Origin: Eledone cirrhosa | Lineage: Eukaryota | Reading direction: 5' to 3' | DNA: 64,000 nt | Assembly (NCBI GenBank): GCA_964016885.1 | Contig: OZ024740.1 | Span: forward strand, 163,556,001-163,620,000 | Part shown: positions 1 to 13,059 of the stretch, in pieces | Numbering within the stretch: the stretch's first letter is position 1 | Layout of the letters: every line of letters begins with the position of its first letter | Notes under the pieces: model-generated | What the model saw: the letters and a program-made list of their open reading frames with translations, nothing else | Told to the model about the DNA's origin: nothing | Databases searched by the model: none | Program-made: the position numbers and the translations under genes

Positions 1-307
1 TGTCTGATTGTGGATGTGGCCTGCCCATTCGACACGAGAGTACAAGAGAAGGAGAGGGAGAAAATTAACCGATACCAGGACTTAAAGTGGGAGGTAAAAA
101 GGATTTGGAACTGCCATGAAGTCAAAGTGGTCCCGATTGTCATAGGCGCACTAGGTACTATCTCAAAAAGTTTCCAAGAAAATTGGCCCCTTCACGCTTT
201 TTGGAACGCTTCAAAGGCATGCTTGAATATCTGAGGCTGCAGGTAGTGGCTTGATATTCATTTCAACAAACTTTCCAGTTAACTAACATCAATGACTGAG
301 ACTCAAA

Positions 308-347
<40 letters not shown>
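1..347 (+). mobile_element. 3' end of an RLE-type (R4/Dong-like) non-LTR retrotransposon with (TAA)n tail
   Basis: ORF 10-234 reads DVACPFD..EKEREKINRYQDLK..VVPIVIGALG, the C-terminal restriction-like endonuclease motif also seen at 5170-5320. Short 3' UTR, then (TAA)n at ~310-347. Confidence 0.85.
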
Positions 348-348
<1 letters not shown>

Positions 349-699
349 GGGAAGAAGACGCACGAGGTGGTAGAAGGTCATGAAATCGCTCCCGTAAGTT
401 TTGAATTTTTAACATATTTAAATTATTTGTGAAATAACAACTCTTAGTAAAAATGCTACGTAAAGCATCCGGCTTGAGCCCCCCAAAAAATTCGGACCCA
501 AAATATATTGTTATAAGGCTCAAATATTCAAATATTCAACTTTGTATTGTACATTGTACATTCAAAAAAAAAAAATGGCTATAAATGGAAGAAGAACCCC
601 CCCCCCCCCTCCTCTGTCTACACTATATAGAACAGCCAAACAACACCAATCTCACCAACACCAGAAACTAGATACACCACCGACCCCATCACCTCTCTG

Positions 700-990
700 T
701 GTACACTAAACACAACAGCCAGATAACGGCAATTTCACCACCACCACTCACTACTGCCATCATTACCACCACTATCCCATCACCGCCGCCACCACTCCTT
801 CATTGCTACCACCGCTACAACACCATCACTACAGTAATACGATCACATCACCACCACCACTGCCTCGGTATCGACATCACCACCACCACTGTCTCAGTAT
901 CGATACCGCCGCTACTGTCTCCCACATCTTGCCACTATCCCATCGTCGCCGCCACCACTCCTTCAATGCTACCACCACTACTCCCCTGTT
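700..990. repeat. Degenerate (CCA/ACC)n low-complexity tract
   Basis: Runs of caccaccac/ccgcc. The overlapping ORFs are Pro/Thr/His-rich artefacts. Confidence 0.7.
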
Positions 991-1518
991 AACTTGAGAG
1001 AGAAAGGGGAAGGTGGCGGTATCACTAGACAAGGGAGAGGCTAGCAAAAGATATAAATAGATTGATTTAGTGACCTGGCCGCCAGCCAAACGTCAACGTC
1101 AACAACTATGGGACTGCTGGCTCACCCCTTCCTCACCAACAATATAAAAAGCCACGGCACCACCACCGACATAGCCAACAACAATAACAGCCAACTACAA
1201 CAAAAAGTATATTATATTATTGTAATGCACTGGGTGATTGCTGGCCTTGTGCCTGAAGTGGAGACAATTATTAATAATTTCATTCTTAAGCCACGCAATG
1301 CTCACATTAAGGAACCACTCATGATAATAACAATTTAAAAAAAACAACAAAAAGAAAACCCCGTGACCAAGAAATACCGGGATGGCGGCCGGCGGGGAAT
1401 AGCCGTGTCTCTAGGGGAGAACGACCCCTCTAGTCTTGGTTGACACTCGTTCTAGAAGTGGTAACACGAAATGATTACCCCTTGGCGGATAAGGATAAAA
1501 CGCGACAAAATAAAGTAA

Positions 1519-4500
1519 ATGTCTAATGATAAAATCTCATACCGGATCGGCCGTCACCCGGGTAAAAAAGGGCCGCGTCCCTCAGAGAGGAACCAGACTG
1601 GGGTCGAAAAATCAGCTAATGGTTCAAACCTTCCCATCACTTCGGAGCTGGAGACCTCCCATAACCGGAATACTCCTACTGTTGGCCCTCCATGCTCACC
1701 ACCAAGAAATCCAAAGAAAAAGAGAGAAAAATGGTCAAGGGAAGATAATAAAGAAGTCCTTGAGGCTTTCTACACTGCCATGTACTACCCATCAAATACA
1801 TCGAATACAGAACAGACATATATCAACTGGAAAAAGAAACATCCCGAAAACAGAGGCTATATTGACAGTAACAAACTAGCCAATATACGAAGAAATATTG
1901 TAAGAAAAAAGTTACTAACTGATATAGAAATTGATCAGATCAAGCTATTAGCACAAAGTCAGCGAAGGGAAAATGAAACATGTGTCAGTGAAAACGAGGT
2001 AAACTGTAACACTTCGAATCCCAGGGTTGGGGCGGAATCACTGGCAACAGAACAAATTAAAGAAAGGATCGAAAAAGTGGAGGGAGTGCATGCTCAGGAT
2101 GAAACTCCAAATGAAAATAATGAGATCGTAAATGATAAAGAAATGAATGAGAATGAACTTGCCAACTTGAAGGATGAAATTATGATCGAATGGATGAAAA
2201 TGAAAGAATCTGACATGGGGCAACGAGACACCCTCCCTAAGATCCAGAACTCCAAACAGAACCAAAAGATAATACACAAGACTAACATAATTCTCAAAAA
2301 CATTATCATCACAAACAAACTAAACATTACTGATTTAAATCATCTCTATTATGCATCGGCTAAAGTCACCACTCACTTATGTGGAGTGAAGATGAAAAAA
2401 CAAAGGAATTCCCACAAGAAATCTACTTGGCAAGAGAACATCAATCGCCAAATAAACCTTCTCCGATCTGACATAGAAATTTTAACAAACTATAAAGTAG
2501 GTGAACATGTTAAACAAACTAAACTTAGAAAATTGAAAAAAAAGTACAGTATAAAATCAACATGTGACATAGACATGCTGATAGAAATAATCAAGCAAAA
2601 AGTGTCGGCCAAAGCTGCTCGTATAAGGCGCTTTGAAAAACGATCTAGATTCTATAAGGACAATAATATGTTCAAAAACAACCAAAGAAACTTCTACAGA
2701 AAAATTGGTAAATCAACAATAACTGCTAAATCAATACCACCCAAGGAGGAAGTGCAAGAATTCTGGGAAAAGATCTGGGCCGAAGAAAAAGTTCATAACA
2801 TACATGCCCCATGGATAGACAGACAAATGAAAGATACAGCTCACCTTGAGGAGCAAACATGCGAAAATATAACAGTTGAACAGTTGCGCTTGGCTCTAAG
2901 AAAAACCAGCAAATGGAAATCCCCAGGAAAAGACAAAATACAAAACTTTTGGATAAATGCCTTCACAGAGTCTCGTGAGCTGTTAGCCCAACTTTACAAT
3001 GAAATAGTTAAGGAGCCAGAAAAGATACCTTCATGGCTAGTTAACGGCATTACATTCCTGCTTCCGAAGAATGATGAGACAAACAATCCCAAAAATTACA
3101 GACCGATAACTTGCTTGACCACAATGTATAAAATTTTAACATCAGTCCTAACTGAATACACATATGACCACCTGATAACAAATGACCTATTTCCCATTGA
3201 GCAGAAAGGGTGTAAACGAGGCTCCATATGGCTGTAAGGATCAGCTTCTGGTTAACAAAATGATACTGGAAGATTGTCATAATAGACACAAAAATCTATC
3301 GATTGCTTGGATAGATTATAAAAAAGCATTCAATAGTTTGCCACACAGTTGGATTGAAAAATGCCCATATACTAAGGAAGATTCTGTCAATATAAGTACA
3401 TCACAAGTCTAAACACTAAAGATGCATGTGTGAGTATGTATGTTCTTTCTTGAACATGGGGGACCTTGTTGTCTCTTGAGGTCACTGGTTGTGACTTGGT
3501 GATAACTCGTATGAACATAAAGCAAGATAAATGCAACTGTAATAATAATAATAACAAAAATCTATCGATTGCTTGGATAGATTATAAAAAAGCATTCGAT
3601 AGTTTGCCACACAGTTGGATTGAAAAATGTTTAGAGATTTTCAAAATATCCCCCGTTGTCAGGAGGTTTTTGTCATTCAGTATGAAGACATGGAAAACGA
3701 TACTCCTTTTGAATAGTGAAACAAAATCACTGGAAGCTGGAGAAGTTATTATTAATTGTGGAATTTTTCAGGGTGACTCTTTATCACCGCTTTTATTCTG
3801 CATCGCACTTATACCATTAAGTAAAATGCTCAATGAAACAAAACATGGATATAAAGTCTATGACAAAACCATTAATCACCTGTTCTACGTGGATGACCTG
3901 AAACTATTTGCAAAAAATGATGAACAATCGCAAGGGCTATTATCCACTGTGAAGCAGTTCAGTGATGACATTAAAATGGAGTTTGGACTAGATAAATGCG
4001 CCAAAGCAACGTTCACCAGAGGAAAGCTGCTGAAGAGTTCAGACATTAATCTTGATCGGGGGAACGTGATAAGAGAACTTGATCAAGAAAAAACTTACAA
4101 ATATGTAGGTGTTTGTGAAGGAGACGGAATCAAGCACTCGACAATGAGGGAAAGGATAAGGAAGGAATGTTACCGCAGAGTAAGAGCAATCTTAAGAACG
4201 GAATTGAATGCAAGGAATAGGATCGATGCCATAAACACGCTTGCCATACCAGTAGTAACCTACAGTTACAATGTCATCAACTGGTCAAGCACAGAGATCC
4301 GTAGGCTCGATACAAAAATTCGAAAATTCTTAACCATGCACAGAATGCATCACCCTAAGGCAGATATAGATAGAATATATCTCCCTAGGAAAGAAGGAGG
4401 ACGTGGGTTAATCCAGTTAGACATTGCGTTGAAAACTGCAACAATTGGATTATCTACATATCTAAGGGAATCACATGATGGGATGATCAAACTCGTTTTG

Positions 4501-5436
4501 AAACACGAAAGCATCAAAAGATCATATTCCATTACAAAAGATGCACAAAGATACAGTAATGGACTACAAATTTCAGAAGTCCCATTTACTGCTGAAATGG
4601 AAAACACAGAAAAAGCAAAGCAGGTAAAAGTAACTGCAAAGAAAGAACTGCTACAGAAACTGGCTAAGAAATAGCAAGAAAAGCCTCTGTATGGAAAATG
4701 CCCAGAGCGAGCTAACAATCCTGATGTTGACAAAACTTTAACCCATCAGTGGTTGGCATCCTCTGGACTGAAATCGGAGACTGAAGGACTGATTATATCG
4801 GCACAAGATCAGTGTCTGCCAACAAAAAATTACCAAGCCAACATAACAAAAAATGGGTGCAGCCCATTATGCCGTGTATGCAAAAAACAACCAGAGACCA
4901 TTGACCATATAATTTCAATGTGCAGTCCTATAGCTCCAACCGAATACCTAAACAGGCATGACAGAGCTGCACAATACATACATTGGATAATGTGTAAGCA
5001 TTTTGACCTGCCCCATCAAAAGAATTGGTGGGAGCATCAACCACCTCCTATACTTGAAAAAGATCACATCTCAATCTTGTGGAACTTTAGCATCCAAACA
5101 GACCGAAAAATAGATGCAAATAGACCTGATATAATATTGAAGGACTTTCAAAAGAGGGTATGCCTGCTAATTGATATGTCTGTTCCAATAGACAAGAATG
5201 TATCTATAAAAACATTTGAAAAATTGAGCAAGTATAAGGACCTGGAGATAGAAATTGGAAAAATGTGGAAATTGAGAACTAAAACAATACCAGTGGTTGT
5301 AGGCGCTCTGGGAATGATACCTAAGGGGTCTAATGACTACTTATCGCAAATCCCAGGAAACCCGCGTATAGGAGAAATACAAAAGATAGTACTAATGGGA
5401 ACTGCCCATATACTAAGGAAGATTCTGTCAATATAA
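1519..5436 (+). pseudogene. Disrupted RT-RLE polyprotein of the R4/Dong-like element
   Basis: Frameshift near 3225 (GCKRGS/YGCKDQL), internal insertion 3362-3553 and premature TAG at 4672-4674. The ORF pieces 1519-3237, 3182-3412, 3466-4674 and 4753-5436 join into one protein. Confidence 0.9.
3362..3553 (+). mobile_element. Copy of the element's own 3' end (~190 bp plus TAA tail) inside its RT ORF, flanked by a 76-bp direct duplication
   Basis: 3362-3553 matches 5403-~5594 with a few substitutions. 3288-3363 is repeated at 3554-3629. Confidence 0.92.
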
Positions 5437-5579
5437 GTACATCACAAGTCTAAACACTAAAGATGCATGTGTGAATATGTATGTTCTTTCTTGAACATGG
5501 CGGACCTTGTTGTCTCTTGAGGTCACTGGTTGTGACTTGGTGATAACTCGTATGAACATAAAGCAAGATAAATGCAACT

Positions 5580-5656
<77 letters not shown>

Positions 5657-5669
5657 AAGAAGAAGAAGA

Positions 5670-6830
5670 AACAATTCTCTGTCCGTTGAGGTATGCACCG
5701 AAGTCCATACTCCGATTCGGCCCGCCGCCGCTCCCGAACAATTGAGCAAAGTGCTGTTGAAAAGCCGCACACATCTGCTCGGGTTCGAGCAACATGCGCC
5801 CGTTTTGATCAGGCAAAGACCGAATTGTGGACTTGTTGCCACGTCGCGCCTCCACCACCCGGCCCCATTGAACGGCTATCGTCCCCTCGTGTCTTAGAGC
5901 ACGCGCTCTAGCTCTGACAACGCAGCCTTCATGCTTTGCTTTTGAAGAATTGGTCGAGTGCCAATCTCGCCGCAAGCTCGTCGGTTGCGATGCCAGTCCT
6001 AAACTCCTCTTCTAGCTTTCTAACTAACTCTCCCTCTACTCTATTTTTCTCTATCACTACTCCTTTGCTAAACCTTATCGATTCTACTCTAATAGCCCTT
6101 TTCAGGGTAAACCACCACCTGTTGTTGACGATCGCACCCGTCAACGCACGCTTAACTAATTCGCTAATCCGGTCTCTGTAAGCTTTGCGCACCGAGAACG
6201 ACGCGTTCAGCTTCCAATAGACGGGCCCTTGCCTATGGAGTCTATCTAAGTCAACTTCACAGATCACAAATTTGTGGTCCGTGTAGTCGACTACTTTTAA
6301 TTGTGGACAATTGTCGACTACTTTAAATTGTGGGGTATGAGCTCCACTGCTGTTGGTGGTGTTAGTGGAGCCCGCTCCGGCGATTTTGCCGCCGGTGTGG
6401 CTACTGCGACTGTTGGTGTTGCCGCCACTGCTGCCGCTGCTTTAGTTGTCCGTGGCCTTGGTATGGGTGCCACGGACGTTGCCCTCCTACTCACCATGGA
6501 AGGGTCTTCTGCCTCTGTTGCCTGCCCTGCTCTTGGTAGTTACGGATCAGGCATCGGAAGGAGAGGAGCCCTCTTCTTGGCTGTCTTCTGTGGGCAGAAG
6601 GCTCTGGTGTGACCCTTCTGCCCACAGAGATAGCACTTTGGGCGCCTTCCTTCTACGCTTATAGGGAGTTGGAGCCCTTCTTCGAGGTCTATGATGTCTG
6701 GTATGGCCTCGATGCAATCCTGGTCAGTCTGTATTAGCATTTGCATGCCTATTCCTGACCAGTTCTCTCTTCCCATTCTCTGTATTTGCAATATCGTGGT
6801 CTTCTCGATTCTAAGCATGTATGCAGCAAT
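5670..6830 (-). mobile_element. Tx1/L1-clade LINE remnant (ORF1 zinc knuckle plus end of the APE endonuclease), internally deleted
   Basis: Minus strand: gag-like CYLCGQKGHTRAFCP at ~6590-6640, then TDHKFVICEVDL..GPVYWKLNAS at ~6200-6285 and the following ORF2 linker. Confidence 0.8.
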
Positions 6831-6833
6831 GTA

Positions 6834-8290
6834 CCAGGCCTCTTCTTCCGAGTGTTGGACGAGTGCTTCCCGCCGTCGAGCAGATACCACAAGATTTTCA
6901 ACCGCCACACGGTGAAGTTCTCCTTCTCCACCGCACCTAATATGGCAGACTACATGGCCAAAACCAACACGGCGAAGATGGGGAACCTCGACTGTAAACC
7001 GCTGCGGCCGAATGACCGTCCATCGGAGCCCAGAGGGCCCCTTGCAGACCGGTCTTCCAACTACAACCCGGTCCCTGCTCGGCCGCCACGCCCCGCGGTA
7101 GACGATACAATCTGACGCCGGGCGGAAATGAGTGGCGGAGGGGAGACCACCGTGTCGGCAGAACAACACCCAGAGAATCGGGAACGGGCCGAAATGAACA
7201 ATATAACGACAGAACGTGCAACTGCAGAGCGGGAACACAGTGCCCTCTGCAGGGAAGATGCCTAACGAAGGGCCTGGTATATAAATGTGTTGTTAGCACG
7301 CACAATATAAAGCGCACCTACATCGGCGCAACATCCACGACCTTTAAATCGTGGATGTATAACCACACAAACTCTTTCAAGGACCGGAGCAAGAGGCACT
7401 CTACTAGGCTGGCGGACCTGGTGTGGGACTTGAAAGACAAAGGCACCCTGTATGCCCTCAACTGGAGTATCGTTCGGGACGCGAATGCATATTCGGCTGG
7501 AAATAGGAAGTGTAGGCTATACCTATCCGAGGCCATGGAGATCGTCAGACTGAAGGATGATGTGGTCAACCTGAAATCGGAAATAATCATGACGTGCAGA
7601 CACCAGAGAAGGTGCACACTTGCCGCATGGAATCCACCAGGCAGCCCAAGCTAAAGACATGCGGCGGAGGGCACGCCGACCAAAGAGGTGAAACGGGTTC
7701 AAGGGATCAGACACCATACCCTGTTGGCTATATATGCCCCGTGGGGTAAGCCGAAATAACCCAGGATGCCTACCCGACTCTGTACGTCACCCTAGGCAAA
7801 AACATTGCCTGAGCCGGGACAGGTTGATCCGGATTCCATTGATATTCAGTCCAGTGCCTTACACCAATAAGACACAATACTTCAACCACAGTGACATCTC
7901 CAGGATGGCCTGTCCACGCACCCCCTGCATGTGTATCTTTTCAGTAGAGAGTACATACTCTCCACGCATTCCATTTTGTAACACCTTATGTATTTTCCGT
8001 ATACAGACCCACGTGTGTATCTCATACTTCTCTTGTGTACTATCTCATATACATACACGTTCCTTCTTCTGTTTTATATATATTCTGCACGCATTTTCTA
8101 TGTACGGTCTGCGCATACTATTTACTGCAATACCATGAACTCACATTATGTGGCTTTGCGTGAAGATTCCATATGTGGTTTGATCCACGTTCGCAAGCTA
8201 ACAACATCTCTGTAGGCACATATAACAAGGTGCACCCTTTCATGTATAGCCCACTGTGTATCTTTATGGGCCGTTATATGTATATTTTTT
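6834..8290 (+). mobile_element. Penelope-like element 3' portion (linker + GIY-YIG endonuclease + pLTR region)
   Basis: FPPSSRYHKIFNRHTVKFSFS linker; CNC..CPLQGRC; GLVYKC..YIGATSTTFKSWMYNH; C-terminal KCRL.LSE..VNLKSEIIMTCRH ending at 7654. Non-coding tail runs into (TA)n. Confidence 0.85.
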
Positions 8291-8304
8291 ATATACTTTT
8301 ATAC

Positions 8305-8365
<61 letters not shown>

Positions 8366-8940
8366 CATGTATTTTTTTTATATATGTATATATTTATAAC
8401 AAGATGCATCCATTCATGTATGGCCCATTGTGTATCTTTATATGACTTTGTGTGTATATTCTTTTTATGTATATATATATTTTTTTTTTATGCGTGCGTG
8501 GGTGTGTATATGAATATGCACTTATTTGTAAGAGTGTATATAAGCCAGTGTGTGTGTGTGTATACAAGCACCCGTGTAGGGAAAGGGCTTGTTTGTGTAT
8601 ATATGTATGTTTGCGCGCGAGTGTGTATCTGTGTGTGTATATATGTATATGGGTACGTGTATATGTGTGTGCATGGGTGAAGGGGGGGGGGGGTCTATGT
8701 ATATGTCTGTACGTGTTTGTGTGTACTGGTATATATACGTGTGTGCATGTGTATGCATATGTATGTGTGTGAGTATGTTAATGTATATAGGCATGTGGGC
8801 ATGTGTCTGTGTGTGTACGTGCCTCTCTGGATGCATGTATGCGTATGTTTATATGTTCTCCTTAAATGCGTGTGTATAGCGGGCGTCTATGCGTACGACT
8901 GTCATTATCTGTGTGTGTGTGCGCGCGCGTGGATGTGTGA
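8290..8940. repeat. (TA)n / (TG)n compound microsatellite
   Basis: Seen directly in the sequence. Confidence 0.9.
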
Positions 8941-9572
8941 ACAACCAAACACAGCAGTAATTGATTGAAGTGTAGCAGACATGACAGCTAACGCCCTGAT
9001 GGTCAGAAGACTGGTACCTGTGGTCAGAATTAGAATGACGTCGGCAACCAGCGGTCAATCACAGGACGCGCGAAGGGGATGATGTTTGTGACGGTACTGG
9101 CCCAGAGGGTCAGATACACCAGTGAGAGAATATGTTCCGAAATCATTAGACGTGTCCGTCGAACCTGCGGGTCCAGAATCAGACAGATCCACACAATGAT
9201 CGCGTCTCGAGCTGTCCGCCGGCGAAACAATTGTAACACACAATAACTTGAGTTCAGATGCATCCCTGATTTTTCGTTTTCTATTCTATCATACTCTGCT
9301 CTGTAAGAGCATAGAGTGCTCAATCGGCATACCGCATATGGAAGCATCTTAGCTACCATCAGACACACACATATATATATCACTAACAAACTCATAGTGT
9401 ACGCTCTGATATACAGACTAGTATTTACTAAATACAAGTTCTGTAAAATAATGGGGCGAGTGGAAATCGACAAGTCTAAACAAATTCAATTTAAGTTGGG
9501 ACGTACACATTTCACATTCCAAATTTCCATAATTCCTCTAAAGTAAAACGATTTAAACACATACGTGCGCGC

Positions 9573-9624
<52 letters not shown>

Positions 9625-9639
9625 GTATATTATATTAGG

Positions 9640-10570
9640 AAAATTCAGGCAAGAAGTGAGGAGAGATTTGAAGAAAGATTTATTAGATTCTGTTATCTAA
9701 CACGTGTTTCATTGCAGTTATCGTAATCGTTTATGAGAGCTGGCTAGGAATATTTTTTTCTATTTACTCACTCACATTATGTCTGTGTTCAGCAAATCCT
9801 CAGAAATAAATGAAATAATATATAATTAGAAATATATTTTAGGTATATTTGTGTAGAAAGGTAAGTAAGTGGAAGCGAAGTGAATAATAGTCAATGGGCT
9901 TGTAGCATTCATGGCATTGCCGGAATAAGAAATGTCATTGTCTGAAAGAAATGTTTTCTATAGTTCAATGAAGACCATTTTAAGAAATGTGAGTGGTAGT
10001 TGTCACGAAAAGAAGCTAGACATGAAATCTACACCTAGGCTATATTTATGATTTATGGGCTAAGATATAGATTAGAGGGAAAGGGTGAAAGGATAATTCA
10101 TGGTCACAGACATTGAAATACGACATTTGGTGCCTGTCTTCTCTGTCATAAAATTCGGCCAGTCAAAAGAGATGCAGTTCGTATCAGAATGGATGCTGAG
10201 TTATGAGATTAAATCATAAGTTAGCTTGGACGATATCTAGAGGATGTTTTGGGGGGGTTTGTGTTTGCAATTAAACATTCTATCCTGTCAAGAGTTCAAT
10301 AAATTTTTCGCGGTCATAATTTCCAACACTTCCGTTGCACAAAGATTACAATCCTTTCTTTCGCATCGACAGGGGGGGGGGGGGGGGTTCAAAGCTTAGA
10401 AGTAACGGCAGCACATACTCTACTTTTCCTGCCTTAAATCTCATATTTGTTTAGCTAACGCGGTAGATTTGCGAAGCTCTGGACTTTTAAGGGTGGGTAT
10501 GCACATACCATCTTTTCTTAAAAGATGGAATAGAATATATTCCTAATGCTTCTAAATTCAAGCGATTCAC
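9640..10570 (-). mobile_element. Decayed Penelope-like remnant (GIY-YIG C-terminus + pLTR)
   Basis: Minus strand ~10260-10372 translates CRCERKDCNLCATEVLEIMTAKNLLNS*QDRMFNCKHK (CxLCxxE..LN..CxH pattern as at 7510-7600). Bounded by microsatellites; hammerhead near the 3' end. Confidence 0.65.
9693..9809 (-). ncRNA. Type I hammerhead ribozyme-like motif with long loop 2
   Basis: Minus strand: TTATTT CTGAGGA T TTGC..~75 nt..GCAA T GAAA CACGTG TT AGATAA. Palindromic stem III AACACGTGTT, GUU triplet. Confidence 0.65.
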
Positions 10571-10587
10571 AGCTACACACACGTATG

Positions 10588-10657
<70 letters not shown>

Positions 10658-12880
10658 TGTGTGTGTGTGTTATATATAAATGTATGTTACTATAATGGAG
10701 TATCTTATGTGAGTTTATTTTGTGTAAGCTTGATAGTTGAGAAATATATATATTATTATTTTATTGTTGTTGTTATTGTATTCGTTTTGTTTTGTCTTAT
10801 TATTTAGTCGAGAAGGGAAGAACAGTGCTCATGACCCTCTTCAGGGCCTCAGAGACTCATGGGTAGATGGGATGAAATACTGTTCTCTCAAACCAGAGAC
10901 CTAGTTCAAATATTTGCAACGGAGTAGCCTCTGCTAAAAGTATCCATTAGTCAGATGGGTCTGTTAAACCGAACGATGGATTAAATCTACTACCATTTCT
11001 TCTGCTGTGAAACTAACAAAAGATATTAAAGAGATTGTAAGAATATAAGAACCAATCCTTAGTAAATAAATCAATAGTTATTGACTCTTTGAAAAGAAGA
11101 GAAGCTTATTCTTTTCAATATGAACTTGAAAATAACAGAGTATGGTCTATATAATAAGGAACGTCGTAGTTATTCGACTTGCAAGAAACAACAGCCAAAT
11201 CTCTGTCAAATTACACCCTGCTGTCATAGAAAATGACAAATTAGATTGTGTTGCGCGAGGTACACCCTGCTTGCAAAAATCTTGGGATGGTCATGGCTGG
11301 TATACCTTGGACTAGAGGTTTACTTGATGAGGATAGACTAAGTACTATCAACAGAAATCACCTAAAATTATGTACACTCTACACTGCATATACTTGTAAT
11401 ACCTTTTAAACAAAGAAACAATCGTTATACAAAGCGTTGAGAAAATTTGAATTTGGAAATATGTTACTTTATAGTGAGCTGCTACAATGCAAGTTTGACT
11501 ATAAAATAGTCGAATAAATTGGGCATATAAACTCCTAGTGACAGGAAAAATTAGTTATAGCCGCAGGTACATATTTCAAAGGTAATATCTGGTCTTGTTA
11601 CTATCAAACCTATTCGCTGCATTTAGTTTACTTCCCCTTCGGGTTTGTTGATGTCTCTTCATCAATTTCAACTGTCAGAGAAGATTCGAGAGGTTTTTAC
11701 GACCAGTTTTAGTTCTAGTGTGTATTCTAAATATCATTCCTGTAAGCAATTAACACAAATGATCAGAATATCAATGCTTATTTAAATGTCTCTAGACACC
11801 ACAAATGTCTGACGAGCCCGTTTCAGTAGAAGCATAAATAGCAACTAGTTTTCAATCACTGAAAACATACCACTCACATTCAGTAGTGCTAATCTGTTCG
11901 TTAGATTCGAAGTATTTGCCAATAGCCAAGCGTTTCTAAATGATTAATGTTACTTTTTCGAATTGAAAGGCCGAATGAAGCCAAAGCTAGCAGACATACA
12001 CTCTAAGTGTAAATATTAGTAAATCAGAAATTCTTAATCTTATTGAAAGCTGTTACATCAATGTTATGTGACGTAGTATCACTCAATAGAAGCGATATAG
12101 TAGACGTGAGAGAAAGAGTGGTGTCAAAACATTTACCAATGTCAGAACTGCAGAAACTGTTGTAAAACGTTAGATGAGGCAGTTACAGAGAGAGAGAGAG
12201 AGAGAGACAGAAGCGTAGCAAAATGAAAAGTCGCCCCCAAAAAGTCTCGCAAATTTTCCTCTGGTCTATTATGTCTGATAATTAACGTTTAACGACAAAT
12301 ATGATTGTTATTGGTGAGAACATTGCTGTTTCATTAGCATTTCGGCTTATCAGTCAAAATGTTGCTATTTTGTACTTAGTTATTGACTGTAGTGTTTTTA
12401 GAACAACTACTCGTCTGTCACATTCATTTTAAATATAGTGGTGAGTAAGTGCAGTGAAGAAGTGCAATTCACCGATGAGATGCCACGAGGGAAATGAGTA
12501 ACTGACGAGTATGTGGTTGCTGCGAGTTCATTCTGTCCCTGGAGAAGAGTCTACGATATACTACTGTTGGTAAGCCTTTGTGAGATGTATAGCGAAAGAT
12601 CCTGTTCAAATTATATTTGATCATATGTAATTCCCATAGCCAACACCCAGCCCTATGAATACATTGAAGGTTAGTTTTCTGCCTGTTTAATTTTTACTGT
12701 AAACGATTATATAACACTGACTTTAATATCATAGAAAGTAAGCTATACTATTTAAAAATATATATTAAGATAGATAAAATAGATAAAATAGATTATTTTT
12801 AATATAAAAGAATAAAAATTGCAACAAAAATAAGATTAAAATAAATCAAAGAAATATAGCACCGAAGAAAACAGAGTTAC

Positions 12881-13059
12881 GTCCCGTGTTGTCTGAAAAG
12901 TGTGTACATGCTGCTGAGAAGGTCGTTCTGTTCTTCAAGGACGTCAGCAGCGAAGGTGAGATGCGTTGAAGATTTCCTCCAGAATGTGAAGGATATATGC
13001 TTATCTATGGCCCCCGCAAGCAAGCTATTCGCTCGGAATACCATAATATCCGATATACA
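12881..13059 (-). CDS. Possible host exon of unknown product
   Basis: 179-bp open stretch between cattcAG and GTaact on the minus strand (CISDIMVFRANSLLAG..LFRQHG). A phase-compatible candidate terminal exon lies at 10947-11004. No recognisable homology. Confidence 0.3.

Larger units (their letters stand above)
1360..5630 (+). mobile_element. Near full-length R4/Dong-like non-LTR retrotransposon (RT + CCHC + RLE), inactivated
   Basis: GC-rich leader ~1360-1518 and a single long ORF from ATG 1519. RT motifs KSPGKD, NYRPIT, DYKKAFDS, GIFQGDSLSPLLF, FYVDDLKL; CCHC (CRVC..ETIDHIISMC); RLE (RHD..NRPDII..IDMSVP..KLSKYKDL). Ends in (TAA)n at 5580-5627, grading into (GAA)n. Confidence 0.93.

Noticed and set aside
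6540-7238. 232-aa minus-strand ORF as a single gene
   Set aside because: It is a chimera across the junction of the Penelope antisense strand and the Tx1 ORF1 fragment.
8173-8968. Many YI/CV/HT-rich ORFs here and throughout (e.g. 35562-36211, 47004-47973, 58614-60110)
   Set aside because: They are translations of (TA)n, (TG)n and (TACA)n microsatellites.
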